Shown here piece by piece: positions 1-12,390 of a DNA stretch of 64,000 nucleotides. The stretch lies in the NCBI RefSeq assembly GCF_009914755.1, contig NC_060935.1. One strand, 5' to 3'. This DNA comes from the human T2T-CHM13v2.0 reference genome, Homo sapiens. Made by a program: the position numbers and the translations under genes. The notes under the pieces are model-generated. The model ran no database searches. It was not told where the DNA came from and saw nothing but the letters and a program-made list of their open reading frames with translations. The number at the start of each line of letters is the position of its first letter. The stretch's first letter is position 1.

Positions 1-1157
1 TTAGAGTAAGGACTCATATTATGTTGTTGTTTTTCAATCCAGGAAGAGCTCTAGATGTGCCCAGCATGAAAGAAAACAAGTGATACACATTCTTAAGCTT
101 ACATCTCAGATTTAGGGGGTTGTTTTAGAGAGAACATCTATAAAACTCTCTTGGATTCTAGCCAGTAGATTCTGAATACTAGTTGACAAAGAAGATTACT
201 CCAGCCACCTGCAGCTTATGAGTCTGGGAGAGAATGATCATATTATTCTACTTTTAGGTTAATGCATATTATGTATTCTCTACAGTAATTTGCTAGTGAA
301 GGTATAACAATGGTTTCAACTAGTAATGGGTGAAGACGATTACTTTGGCAGGAAGATGTCCTCACCTTGAATGTCATCAAAAAATCATCTCCTGCTTAGA
401 TGGGAGGAATTTCCCTTCAACAAGACATTTCTGAAACCAGAGGGAAAGAGAAAGGGTTGGGTGCTAATACAAGTAAATCTGTGATCACATAATTCAGTGG
501 ACAATAGGAAGAGGTCATCTTCTGAGAATATTTTCTTCTCTAAAATAATCATAACAATTATATATTAATATTACTAATAACAGATTCCTAGTGCTTCCCT
601 CAATCCTGAGTACTAGCATATGCCAAACAGATGATGAATATATGAAAAAATAAATACATCTTCCTAACAATCTTAACTGATGCCTCACAACTCTTGAGCT
701 CTGAAATATTTCTATACTATTTCATAATACTTCTCTATCAGAGGAGAATGACTTCAAGGCACACTGCAGAATTCAAACACTTCCACGTAGAGGACAATGA
801 CTGGCAGGCATTCTGCCATTAGGAAATTCTGTCTCTATTTATTACTCATCCAAGAAATATTCTATTCTTCCTATGCCTAGCACAGTGCCAAGCACTTACA
901 TAGTCAGTAAATGTATGTTTCGAAATGGAAGTGCCCTGCATAAAGCTATAGGAAACTTTTTTGGTTTAGATTTTTTAAGAAATAAAAACCCTCAATAGAG
1001 TTCTTTCTCTCTTCTTCCCATAACTTTCCCATTTATTATTTATAAGCCTTAGGCTTGTTATATTAATAAATTTATATTTATTTTCCATTAACATCTCCAA
1101 TAAATATTTCTTACATTAAATATATTATATAAATATACTTAACAAGCCAGAAGTTCA

Positions 1158-1318
1158 GAGACATTTACCATGAAGCTAAAGAAGGTCTCTTACTTGCATG
1201 AACCCCTTACAAAGCCCTGTATCTAATTTTGTAATTACAATTTGTGCTCTTTTTCTTAAAGTTTTCTATGCCAAGTTATAGAAAGCTCAGGCACACAAAA
1301 ATTAGGTCTATCTCTAGA
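1158..1318. mobile_element. hAT-type MITE (MER69A/Arthur1-like), diverged
   Basis: cagagacatttaccatgaagctaaagaag...cttgcatgaaccccttacaaagccctgtatctaattttgta resembles the remembered consensus; family name uncertain. Confidence 0.5.
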
Positions 1319-1329
1319 GAAACTTCACT

Positions 1330-1490
1330 GTGTATTTTAATCCTATAAGGTACATATGTTATAGACACAGGGCTTGAGAATTACAGAGGTATATGACTTG
1401 CCCAAATACTCATCTTGAGTGGCAGACTAATGAATCAAGCTAAGATCTTCAGCCTCTAAATTCAGAACTTTTTGATTGAGCCACAATGCC
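1330..1490 (-). mobile_element. MIR SINE fragment
   Basis: cagaggtatatgacttgcccaa...agtggcagact matches the reverse MIR core. Confidence 0.6.
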
Positions 1491-1689
1491 TTCTTCTCGG
1501 ATATGGATGAGACTGTCATGTTCATAATTTCCAGGCAGTCCATTATCATTATCATCATTGCTGAGATCAGCCATCTGTTTCACAGGTGGGCAGAAGCTAA
1601 TACATTTAATGAGAGCCCACGACTCACCAGGCACTCCACCAGGGCCTTTTTACACATACATACACTGGCCCACACTCCCTCACTCACAA

Positions 1690-1691
<2 letters not shown>

Positions 1692-1734
<43 letters not shown>
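1692..1734. repeat. (CA)n microsatellite, about 21 units
   Basis: Perfect AC run; source of the THTH ORFs. Confidence 0.98.
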
Positions 1735-1736
<2 letters not shown>

Positions 1737-3557
1737 TTCGTTTGATGCTTACAACAATCTAGTAAAGGTACACAGAGAACAGAAGAAAGCCTCTAAAAGA
1801 TCAACTTGCTGTAAGTCTCACAATAGAAAGTATGTGGTATTTAAACCTATATCTACCTGACTCTGAAGTCTATGATGTTTCTGTTATATAAAGCTACTGC
1901 TTCTTCCTGTGTCAAAACTGGGCAAACTAGTCACCTCACAGAAAAAGCCAACTCTCTTAAGTCTTGGAAGCCTGCCAGGACTTCCAGTGCATGTCAGCAG
2001 TGGTTTTTCTTCAGTGACACTGAGAAGAGAAAAGCCTTCACCAGTCCTCTTCAGATTCAAATGTCACAGGTGAATATTTGAGATTCTAACATCACTCTCT
2101 AACACTCCATCGGCTGAAAATGAGCCCTTTTCATGCCTATATGCCTGGCATTGTCATGATCTCTTAGACAATGGAGATAACCTGATAAAAAAAAAATCAC
2201 TCTACAATCCGAGCCTGCTGTAATACCCAGATTCACTCTTCAAATCCAGATAAAATGAAGCATCAACTAAATTACCCATTGACCTGCCAAGGAGAAGAAT
2301 TTAACAGGAAACCTCAGATAGCTGAGTTACCGCCTCACTGGGGATGTTAGAAACACTGACAGCACATGCCCAGATTTAGCCAAATGGCTTTGAAGCTCAG
2401 GAATGAAAGTGGCAGCAGCTGAATTCCACAGCTTGACAAGTGATCACATGGGGTGTACCATACAGCCATGAGGAGAAACCTGAACAGAGCTGCAGCATCA
2501 TTACTGTAGGAGTGAAAGCTCCCCAGCACATCTGGAGACCTGTCTGGGTAAGTGTCCACATAGTCTTACCTGGAGATTTATGAATCTGCTACAAAGAGGT
2601 AGGATTTCCAGGAAAAATTCTACTTTTCAGAACCAGGGTTTCCAGGCCAGAGCAGCCCCTCATACTAGATGTAGGGCCTCTTCTCATTGTGGATTTAAAA
2701 GCACAGAGATCCACAAGACAATGTACAACTGTAAATTAAATACAACTGCAATTAAGGCCATTATACCAAATACTGGAAATACCAGCAGGACTCCCTTCTT
2801 CTACCTCCCAAGATTAAAATCTAGGATATTCAGAACCATTATCAGGGCTCAAGCTGATTTTAATATAAAGGCATGGAGCAATACAATCTATTACTTTTCA
2901 ATAACCTCCTTGTGATGGCCTTACTTCACAATGACCCTTAACTCTCAATTGAACTATAGTTACAGCCTCATAACCAGTATCCCTTTCCAGTTTCTTTCTG
3001 TTCCACTTTATCTTCTACATTGCTGCTGGAGTGCTTTTGAAAAGTGTACAGGTAATCACGCTTTGCCCCTCTTAGGATCTCTGTTGGCTCTCTATTGCCC
3101 AAAGGATACAGGAAAAATCCCCTGGACTCACAGACAATGCTTTACACAATCTTTTCCTCCAAATTCCAAACTTATCCTCAAATTTTTCCCTTGATGAAAT
3201 TTGTACTCCAGCCATATAGTCTTCCTTGACATTCCCTGGACACCCATATTCTTTTATGTCTCTGTCCAGTGCACCTTGGTTTCTGTTCCTAAAATGATAT
3301 TTTCTACTTTCAAGCATGCAGAATCAGTATTTATCCTTCAGATAAAGTGAAATACCTTTTTTTTTTTGAGAAGCCGAGCCCCACTCTTCTGTAAGGAATT
3401 ATTCTTTTCCTTATGATCCTATGGGATTTTCACATAGAATAAGAGAAACACTTCTCACAGTACATTGTAATTACTTGTTCCAATGAGTCTCTTCTTCCAT
3501 AGTCTGTGAATTTAGCAAGGGCTGAGTTCTTTCTCATTCTACTTTGTGTTACCCTGA

Positions 3558-3591
3558 ATTGTTTCTCAGCCTTTTGGCTAAGATCAAGTGT
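3558..3591 (+). pseudogene. 3'-truncated U2 snRNA pseudogene (U2 nt 1-34)
   Basis: attgtttctcagccttttggctaagatcaagtgt vs U2 ATCGCTTCTCGGCCTTTTGGCTAAGATCAAGTGT: 31/34 identical, two of three changes are CpG decay; lies inside an L2-like 3' end. Confidence 0.9.
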
Positions 3592-3921
3592 TCTACCACC
3601 CTAGAAACTTGGCATGGAGTAGATAGACTGTAAATGCAGTAGATTATAATAGAATGAATGAATGAACAAATAAAATATAAGGAAATGCAGAAAAAAATCA
3701 AATGTGACACAAGAATGTACCGTATAAATTAGTATGTTTTAAATTTTTACTTAATGATAATCATTTTTCCAAAGCAATTTCATTTGAGTGCTAAACAATA
3801 GTTCTCCTCCAAAGTAAAAGAGACAACAGACGAACAACTGTGTCTTCCCAAAGACAGACCACTTTCACTTACTACAATCTTATGATTCATGAATATAAAG
3901 AACTCTGATCATGATCTGTAC

Positions 3922-4241
3922 TAGGGGCCAAAAAACTTTATGAAACGCAGATAGAAAACAGTTTAGGCTTTCTGGGCCCTATGTCTCCATCGTAACTGTT
4001 CTACCTTGTCATTATAGAGTAGAAGAAGCCATATATAAATGAATAAACGTGACCATATTCCAATAAAACTTTATTTATGGGCACTGAAACTTGAATGTTA
4101 TGTCACATTCATGTTTCACAAAATATTATTTTAGATTGTTTTTCAACAATTTAGAAGTGTAAAGACATGTCTAGCCTACAGAGTGTACAAAAACAGGTGG
4201 TGGGCCAGATTTAGCTCCTATGTATAGTTTGCTCACCTATG
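3922..4241 (+). mobile_element. MER58 (MER58B-like) hAT-Charlie DNA transposon
   Basis: ttccaataaaactttatttatgggcactgaaacttgaat...tacaaaaacaggtggtgggccagatttagc...tagtttgctcacc typical of MER58. Confidence 0.85.
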
Positions 4242-4254
4242 GTTCATACAATGT

Positions 4255-4298
4255 AAAAAAAAAAAAAAAAACAACAAAAAAAAAAACAAAAAAACAAC
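4255..4298. repeat. A-rich tract with AAC interruptions
   Basis: Directly visible. Confidence 0.9.
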
Positions 4299-5989
4299 TT
4301 TGGTTAAACTTCTAGTCATTTTTTGTTGTTGTTGAGTTCCTTTCCAATGTAGAAGATTCTTTGCCACTGGAACTGATAACCCATTGTGTATTACAAAGAG
4401 TTAGAAACATAAAAGAAAAAGCAAGATAAATGATTTGTCTTACTGAATATAGATAGGGCTTGTCTGGCTTGGTATATGGAGATTACAGGATGGAAAACAA
4501 TGCTAACTTTTTTTAATCATATCAAACAAGAAACAAGCAGATGATCAGTCTAGGTTGATTAGATGACTATTTGATGAAAAATTCAAAATATCCTATAAAA
4601 AATTCACTGCCAAATGTTATTGTTATTTTTGATTAGATGTGCTACATACTGGTAAACAGAAGCAATATTTTACTATTCAGCAAAATTATGAGAGAAAGCC
4701 ATTTTGGTAAATAATATCCTTTGCCCTCCAAAAGATACGGCCCATAAGTGGCAACTCTGTCACAGTAGTTTACCTCTGCACAAGAGCCACATCTAGTCTC
4801 TTTGAATGTCCAAAACACTTTATGTGGCAAAGTGTTTTCAATTATTTATTAGTTAATTAAACTAATTAACTCCTCCTCCTACTCCCAGTTGCATTGATAC
4901 AGCATTTTATAAATGGTAAAATCAAGACATTTATTACCTATTTAAGGTAACTGAAATGACTGGCAAATGATAATTGGAAGGAGGGGTAAGCTTATTTTTT
5001 AAAACAGATTAATAGGAAAAGAGTATGAATAATTAATTAGATAAGGATTGTGAAAGTGGTTTAAATGTGATAAAGCACTAAACTCAATTATTAAAGTCCA
5101 TTTAGTTATTTTCCAAAAATTTAAACTCGCCTCAAAAGTTGTTTATGAAACATTAGGAATCATCTTAATCTAGACTTCATTTCAGAAGCTGAGATCTGTG
5201 AAGTTTAAAGAAACTGTCAAGCTTAAATGGCAGGGTCACAGGAACTAGCTTTCAAAGAACTATGTTTCTCTCTTAAGATGTTAAGATGGTAGTATTTATA
5301 AACTACATTGTATTTTCTTATGGAGAGAGAAGGACTGGTCTTTGGAAACCTTGACACATGTCTACACTTTTCAGAAATACAATGAGGATATAAAAAATAC
5401 TTTCACCAGAATTATATTTTCAAGGGATTAAATGGGTAAAAGGTACTGTTATTTGATCCTCTGTCTAAATTCTCCTAACTTAATTGAGCCACAGTATTTA
5501 TAAACTGTTTTGTACACTACGTGTATAATTATCTCAATTCCCTTGTAAAATAATGAAGCCTTTGAAGACAGATAATATATTTAAAAGTAGTTTTGATATA
5601 TCAGTTTCCTCATCTGAAAATAGCAGCACATATAAAAGTAGTTACTTTATTAGGTTATATAAGGGTAATTTAAAAATGCATGTATGTAAAACATCTTTTT
5701 AGCATATAGTGAGTGTTCAATAAATATAAGTTCTAATTAAAGGTGTTCAATAAACACTCATCAAATAGTAAATTGATGAAGAGGAAGGAATAAACAAATT
5801 AATGAATGAATAACATTGTGCATCTGATATGCAAATTTTCACCTGACTTTTAGAAATCTACTAAAGAATGCCATCAAGTCCTTAAAATGACCTACTAGTA
5901 TTATAGAATTGAATATATTAAAGGAATACATACATTTCTATATATAATAAGAATAGGAATATAATAGGAGTTTGTCTCTTACTGTGTTC

Positions 5990-6207
5990 ATACTTACCCC
6001 TCTCCTCCAGCCACACCAGCCTGGCCTGTTTGCTCCTTGAAAATGCCAAACATACTCCAGCCTCTAACCTTTTTACTTGCTATTCCCTCTACTTTCTCCT
6101 AGGTAATATGTGGCTTGACCTCTCACTTCCTGCAGATCTTTACTCAAATCTTATCTTCTTAGAGTGGCCTTCCTGAACCATCCTGTTAGAATGGGATGGT
6201 TGTATAT

Positions 6208-6259
<52 letters not shown>

Positions 6260-6468
6260 CATATTCCCCTGCCGAGCCCAGTTATTTTCTCCATAGCACA
6301 TATATCATCACTCAACATAAAAAAAAGTTCCATATTTCTTTTTATTTGGAATGTAACTTCCATCATCTGGGATTTTTGTTTGTTTCGTTCACTGCTTTAG
6401 AACATAAGTCATTTGAATAGTGTCTAGCTCATAGTAGATACTCAATGATATTTGCTGAATGAATAAAC
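5990..6468 (+). mobile_element. L2 (L2a-like) 3' region, interrupted by (CA)n
   Basis: ctccagccacacc...cctctcacttcctgcagatctttactcaaat...catagtagatactcaatgatatttgctgaatgaataaa terminus. Confidence 0.8.
6209..6257. repeat. (CA)n microsatellite, about 24 units
   Basis: Perfect CA run. Confidence 0.98.
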
Positions 6469-8679
6469 CACACAAAGATACAATTTTAATATAAAATTGG
6501 TAGCATGACTATATAAGATATAAAAATATAAAAAGGTGGCACGGCTCTGTCCATTACTGCAAAAAATATTGATTGAGTGATTACTATGTTCTAGGCATTG
6601 TGAGAAGCACTTGAGTGAGTTACTAATAGGAGTAAAACAATCTCTGTATAGAGGTTGGAACTAACAAACTGGCATTGGGGGTTTCAACAGCATTCTTTCC
6701 TTCTTGTCCAAAACTCAACTCTTGTTGTATGTCCCTCTCACCAATAGCAAATCTAAAATCCTAGCAATCCTAGCAACCAAACACTTTGCAGGCAGAACTG
6801 CAGCCTAGCAAGAGAAACACTAACTTCAAGCTGTGTCCTTATCTTCTGCTCACATCTTTACAAATTCAGGCAGCTGATAAACATTTAATGAGGTCCTCAT
6901 TCTATACTAGGTGCTATGGAGGATTCAGAGGATTTGAGGCACAGCTACTGATCTCTAAGAGAAGAGAACAATGTTAAAATTAGAAACACATAGCTAACAA
7001 AAAAAGAGATTTTCAGTAACTGTGAAATGTTTGATTTTAAACAGTAAATACTATGGGGTTTACAAAGATAAATTTCTTTATTTGGGATGATTTATGGGCA
7101 GAAATTTAGTAAGTGATGTTGGAGGTGTTGTATGCTCTATTCTTGAGAAGGTTGCTTTTTATTCATGAAAATCAGAAGAAAGCTACCAACTGATAAGTCA
7201 TCCTGCTGGGTACCTTCACCTGTTTTCACAGGATCTTTATGACAGCTCAGCAAACTTGGTCATATTGTTCCCATTTGTATGGAAAAACTGAGGCTCAGAA
7301 AGGTTTTGCATCTTGTCAGAGGCTCTTCAGAGTTGCTTGATGCCACTGGCCATGTTGTGAAGACCACATAGGCTGTGTATGGTCATAGGCAAAATGTGTG
7401 GCTCAGGCTTAAGTGTCGCAACACTCAGAGCTAACAATTACCAGACGCCCACAGTGCATGTGTGGCAACATACCAGGGCTCTCTTTTTAGCAGGTGGCCT
7501 CCCCCTCAGCCACATCTCCCATATTATAGGGAATTAAGCATTTGTTCTCCACGAGACACATTGCTCCTATCCAAACTGACCTTGATTGTGGGCTCTTGAC
7601 ATTTGGAATCTTTAGAACTGTAAGGAAAAATCACTGTGGGTGTGAGAAACACTATTGAAAATCCTACTTATTACCATTAACTCACTTCATCACCTATTTA
7701 TTATGGTTTACTCTTCTGAGAGACAGTCTCCGGGAAGAAACAATGTTTGGTGGGGAATCATCTGCTCAAGCTCTGGGCACAGTGTGATATAGCACACCCT
7801 GGACTGGACTTCAGGCCCAGGTGTTAGGAGACCTGAGTTTGAATGTCAGCTTAATGCTCACATGCTGAAGTCTTGTGATCAGATCATCTTACTGTATTTG
7901 TATTGGTACAATGAGGAAGTGAAGGTAGACAGAATTTACTGTCCTTTCACATTCCTAAGGCCCGAGCTGACAAACTACACACACTCAACAGAGGCTTCTG
8001 CAAGTCATGAGGACCTTGGAAATTTTCCATGGGTTCTTGACTTAATAAGATCCTTTTAATGACCCTGTTTCTTCTTAAAGAGACACCATCTCTGAGAAAT
8101 GAACTATTTAAAAAATCCAAAAGCAATTAAGTTCAGGAATGCCGTAAGCTGTGATAAAGTTGTATTTCTTGACTCCCGCTGGTGTTTATATTGCTATTTC
8201 TCTTCTGCCTGTCAGACACACTTCAGACTCCTATAATTACTGAGGGCAACCATCTCATCCAGAGATATCCTCACTGTGTAGTCTGTTTGGATTAGCAGGT
8301 GATTCCAGCAACTCCTCTTCAGCATCATTGTTGTTTCAAATTACATTATAAACCAGCAGGATGCAAAAATTATATTGGTTCATATAGCATTTCAATTACT
8401 GTTATTCCATAGACATATCCCTTGCCTCACTTGTTCACCTTCTTCATCAGTCAGTCACAGAATGTTTTCTTTCTCTTCTTTTATTACCCTGTAAATGCTG
8501 TTTTGTTACCCTTTCTCATACAGGATCTAATCCATCCTTTCCCTTATCTCAGCATCTCCAGTCCCACTCCTCCAAACCAGAAAAACATTTAATGGTTTGA
8601 TATATAACATACACCCTCAGTGTTTATTTTTGGGGGGTTTGTTGTTGTTTTTTGCTCCTCACCATGCATTCTATCTTTT

Positions 8680-8965
8680 CTTAATTTTTAATTTTTCTGG
8701 GTAGATAGTAGGTATATATATTTATGGGTTACATGAAATATTTTGACACAGGCATGCAACATGTAATAATCATATTAGGTTAAATACGGTACCCATCACC
8801 TCAAGCATTTATCCTTTGTGTTTCAAACAATCCAATTACACTCTTTCAGTTATTTTAAAATGTACAATTAAATTAGATTTTACTATAGTCATTCTTTTGT
8901 GCTAGCAAATAGTAGGCCTTATTTATTCTTTCTAACTATTTTTTTGTACCTATTAGCCTTCCCCC
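8680..8965 (-). mobile_element. L1MA 3' end fragment
   Basis: cccatcacctcaagcatttatcctttgtgtttcaaacaatccaattacactctttcagttattttaaaatgtacaattaaatt is the reverse L1MA 3'UTR. Confidence 0.85.
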
Positions 8966-10400
8966 TTTTAACTTCCACTAACTTGCTTAAATCTTTGACT
9001 TCCAGAATCCATTCCACATCAACAGCCTTGCTAAAGTGTAAGAGATGGTCTAGGAGAGCCTCGGAGGCAAAAATACAAACTCGTTCCAATCACATAGCTT
9101 GTAGTTCTGTGCTCCCATTGCCAAACAAACAACTGCAATTTCCTTCTGGAATTGTTCTTTAATTCCTCAGTATCAGAAATATTATTTCTCAGCAAGCTAT
9201 GCTCTATTTACCTTTATTAACTTGAACATTTATGCCCAAGCTACTTAGTCCAGGCCTATTTTGGGGCCCTGGTAGAGTCTAGAGACAGTGCTCTATTCAT
9301 TTGTGCCTCACATGGTAGAGAACTTGATTGCATAGAGGGCACACTGGCACTGCCATGGTGTGAGGTGCCATGTTTTCTAACCAGGACAACCTCTGCTGCT
9401 GCCTTGCCTCTACTCTCAATTTTCTTTGGTCCTTCCTCCACACAATAACCAGACTAACCTTCTCAACAGGAAATCTTATTTATTTTTCTAATTCCTTCTT
9501 CAAAATCTTTCAATATTTCTCCTTGTCTATATGGTAAAGTCTAAGCCTGGATGTTCAGTAAAGAATGGAGATAGACTTTCTAACAAGGTTTTTCTGTGTG
9601 ACAGGGGAGAGACTGGATTGAAGAGTATTAACAAAACTCAATTTTTTTACTATCTTCAATATAGCTGGCACTGTGGTGTGGTACGGCCTCTAAAGAAACC
9701 ACCTGCTTCATCACTAATAATACCGCAGAGCACAGTAACTCAATATATAGTTGAGGAAAATGGAAATGATCATACAAGTAAGGAGTGACCATATAAATTG
9801 ACCAAAGTCACACAGATAGTAAGTGATGGGGTCAACATTCAAACTTTCCTTATGTTAAAGTCTCTCACTACACCGTGTTCGAGGGGGCATCATGGTAATA
9901 AAATGGGCTAGATAGGACAGTGATTACACAGAGACAGGAATGGGAATTTACAATGACTAGAAGACAGCTCAGAAACCAGCTAGAAAAACTAAAAAAAAAA
10001 AATTTATGTCTGATGCAATTCTGATGTGATTTCATGGGGTGTTTAAAATCCAGACAGTGTTCATTCTTTAGTCAATAGGAAGCACAGAAGCAATTTAGAT
10101 TTTTGAACTTAGGAGGATAATATTGATTGATCAAAGTAGAATTTTTGGAAGAGTAGACTGGGTATAGGAGATGAAATCCCCATTCCAAGAGTTAGGCAGA
10201 AGAGCATGGCAGGATGGCAGCCAGAGGGTAAAGCTTTGGGAACGGTGGAAGTTGATGGAAGCACTGGGAACATGATAATAAGGCTGGAACTGAGTACATA
10301 CAGTCAAAAAAAAAAAAAAAAAAAAAAAGCCCAGGTCAGAAATACAAACTTAGAGACTTTGAAACAAAGACCAAGAGCCATTTTTTTCTATTCACTGGTG

Positions 10401-10570
10401 GTCATAAAAAAAAATTCCATCATTTCCAACGACATGGATGAAACTGGAGATCATTATATTATATGAAACAAGTCAGGCCCAGAAAGACAAATATTGCATG
10501 TTCTCACTTATTAGTGGGATCTAAAAATCAAAACAATTGAACTCATGGACATAGGGAGTAGAAAGGTGCA
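10401..10570 (+). mobile_element. L1MA fragment (ORF2 end / 3'UTR)
   Basis: acatggatgaaactggagatcattat...agaaagacaaatattgcatgttctcactta...acaattgaactcatggacatag. Confidence 0.85.
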
Positions 10571-11764
10571 TAGGTTTTTATTTTACTATTATGCTTCATA
10601 ATGTAGATATATGCCATGTGTATGCTCTTATATACATGCCTTAAATACGTCAGACATTTAAAATAAAATAATAAAGGTTGATAGACAACTTTTGACATGG
10701 CGGTGGAAACGTTTGTAAAATTGAATGTCCAATAGCCATGCCAAGATGGAAAACTGAGAATAATGGTGGGCTCCAAAAGGACTGGATAGGCAGGGGCAGG
10801 AGAGAAAGAAAGCAGGGAAGTGTCATTAGGTAAAACAGACAGGGTGGGATAGGCTGGCTTTCATTGGAGCTGCTAACATTTTACATCTATATGTTCAGTG
10901 AGGAATTTTGTAACTTTGGTTCTTAAAGCCAAAACAATTCTCCAGCCATTTCTGTTATCTTTCATGAATAAGGATGGAGGAAGATACTCAAGACAGGAAG
11001 ACAAGCTAGGAGACTTTCACTTTATTCAAGGACTAAAGTGTTGAAGACCAGAATAAGAACAGCTGATGAGACAGTAGAAAGAAATGAAATGAGAATTCCA
11101 TTTTAAAGGGATAAATAGCAGTAAGTAAAAATAAAAGAAAAGAGCACTTACAGAAGAATCACATGAAAGATTTTCCTCTGACTTTACTCTCTTGTTACCA
11201 CCTATACTCATCTCCTGTCATTGATCTTCTCATATTTAATCTGCCAGTGAAGCCAAAAGAATTCTCCTTTGGTGAGAGTAGTGAGGAAAAATAAAGACAT
11301 GGAGGTGCCAAAGCTAAGGCACAATAGAATCACCTTAATACCATCAGCTTGGTTTGAATTGAAAATACAATTCTAGCCCAGTACATAATCTCAGAAACAC
11401 AATTTAAGCTCTACTGAATGCTGTAAAAATGCAGAATAATCATTTATTGTACGGCTATGTGTTGGTATGCTCAAAAATGGCTTAGAGCACTGAAAGAAAT
11501 GAACTCAGGAAATGGCAGGACAGTCCCTATGTACTAATGCTGCCAATGCAATTTCCATAGTATCACTTCCCAATAATACTGTAGTCCATTAGACAGACCA
11601 AATCAATGGTGAGTCTCTGGCTGAGTCTCTTTTCAACAGAACCCGCCTCAGGCTCTCTGTCCCCTACCACACTCAGTAGTGGATATTTCAGGTTACACAA
11701 AGACATTTTTATATAAGCCTGAGTAAAACATAATTAGACAAGAAAAATAATGATATATAATCTT

Positions 11765-12105
11765 ATGGTAGATTATTGTAATTCCCAAATAATCACTGTC
11801 CTTCTTCCTGTGTGAGGAATATACCTCCCTGCCCCACTCACATAGGACTTGACCATGTGATTTGTTTTGATTAATGGAATGTGAGCAGAAGTGACATATG
11901 CCACTTCTGACAAGAAGCTTTAAGACTCATCATACAGTTGCATTCTTGCTATTTTTCTCTGCCTGAAGACTTTCACAGCCACCATAGGGGCTGTTTCTTT
12001 AGCCTGGATATCAGAATAATGATTCATAATGAACATATTACATAGGTGAGATGTATACTTTTGTGGTTATAAGGCATTACAACTCTGGATAAACTGTGCT
12101 GACAA
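11765..12105 (+). mobile_element. MLT1 (MLT1I/J-like) MaLR solo LTR
   Basis: ttgaccatgtgatttgttttgattaatggaatgtgagcagaagtgacatatgccacttctg MLT1 core. Confidence 0.8.
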
Positions 12106-12156
12106 AAATGATCATGAATTATAAAGGTAATTTTACATTATTCTTAGATATGGAAA

Positions 12157-12390
12157 GGCAGCGTAGTAAAGTGGAAAGACCACGGGCTTAACAGTTAAAC
12201 AGGTCTATATTTTAATCCTGCTTTAGCTCCTTAAGCCTAGGTGACTTTGGTCATTAATTAACCTCTCTGAACTCTAGATTCCTTTCCAATCCCAAAGTTA
12301 ATAATAATTATTTCTTTCAGAAGGGTCGAAGATAATGAGGTGTCTCATGTAGTGTACTTAGTACAGATAAAGCCTTCAATAAGTGCTAGT
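12157..12390 (+). mobile_element. MIR SINE
   Basis: ggcagcgtagtaaagtggaaagacc...gtgactttgg...ttaacctctctgaactc. Confidence 0.75.
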
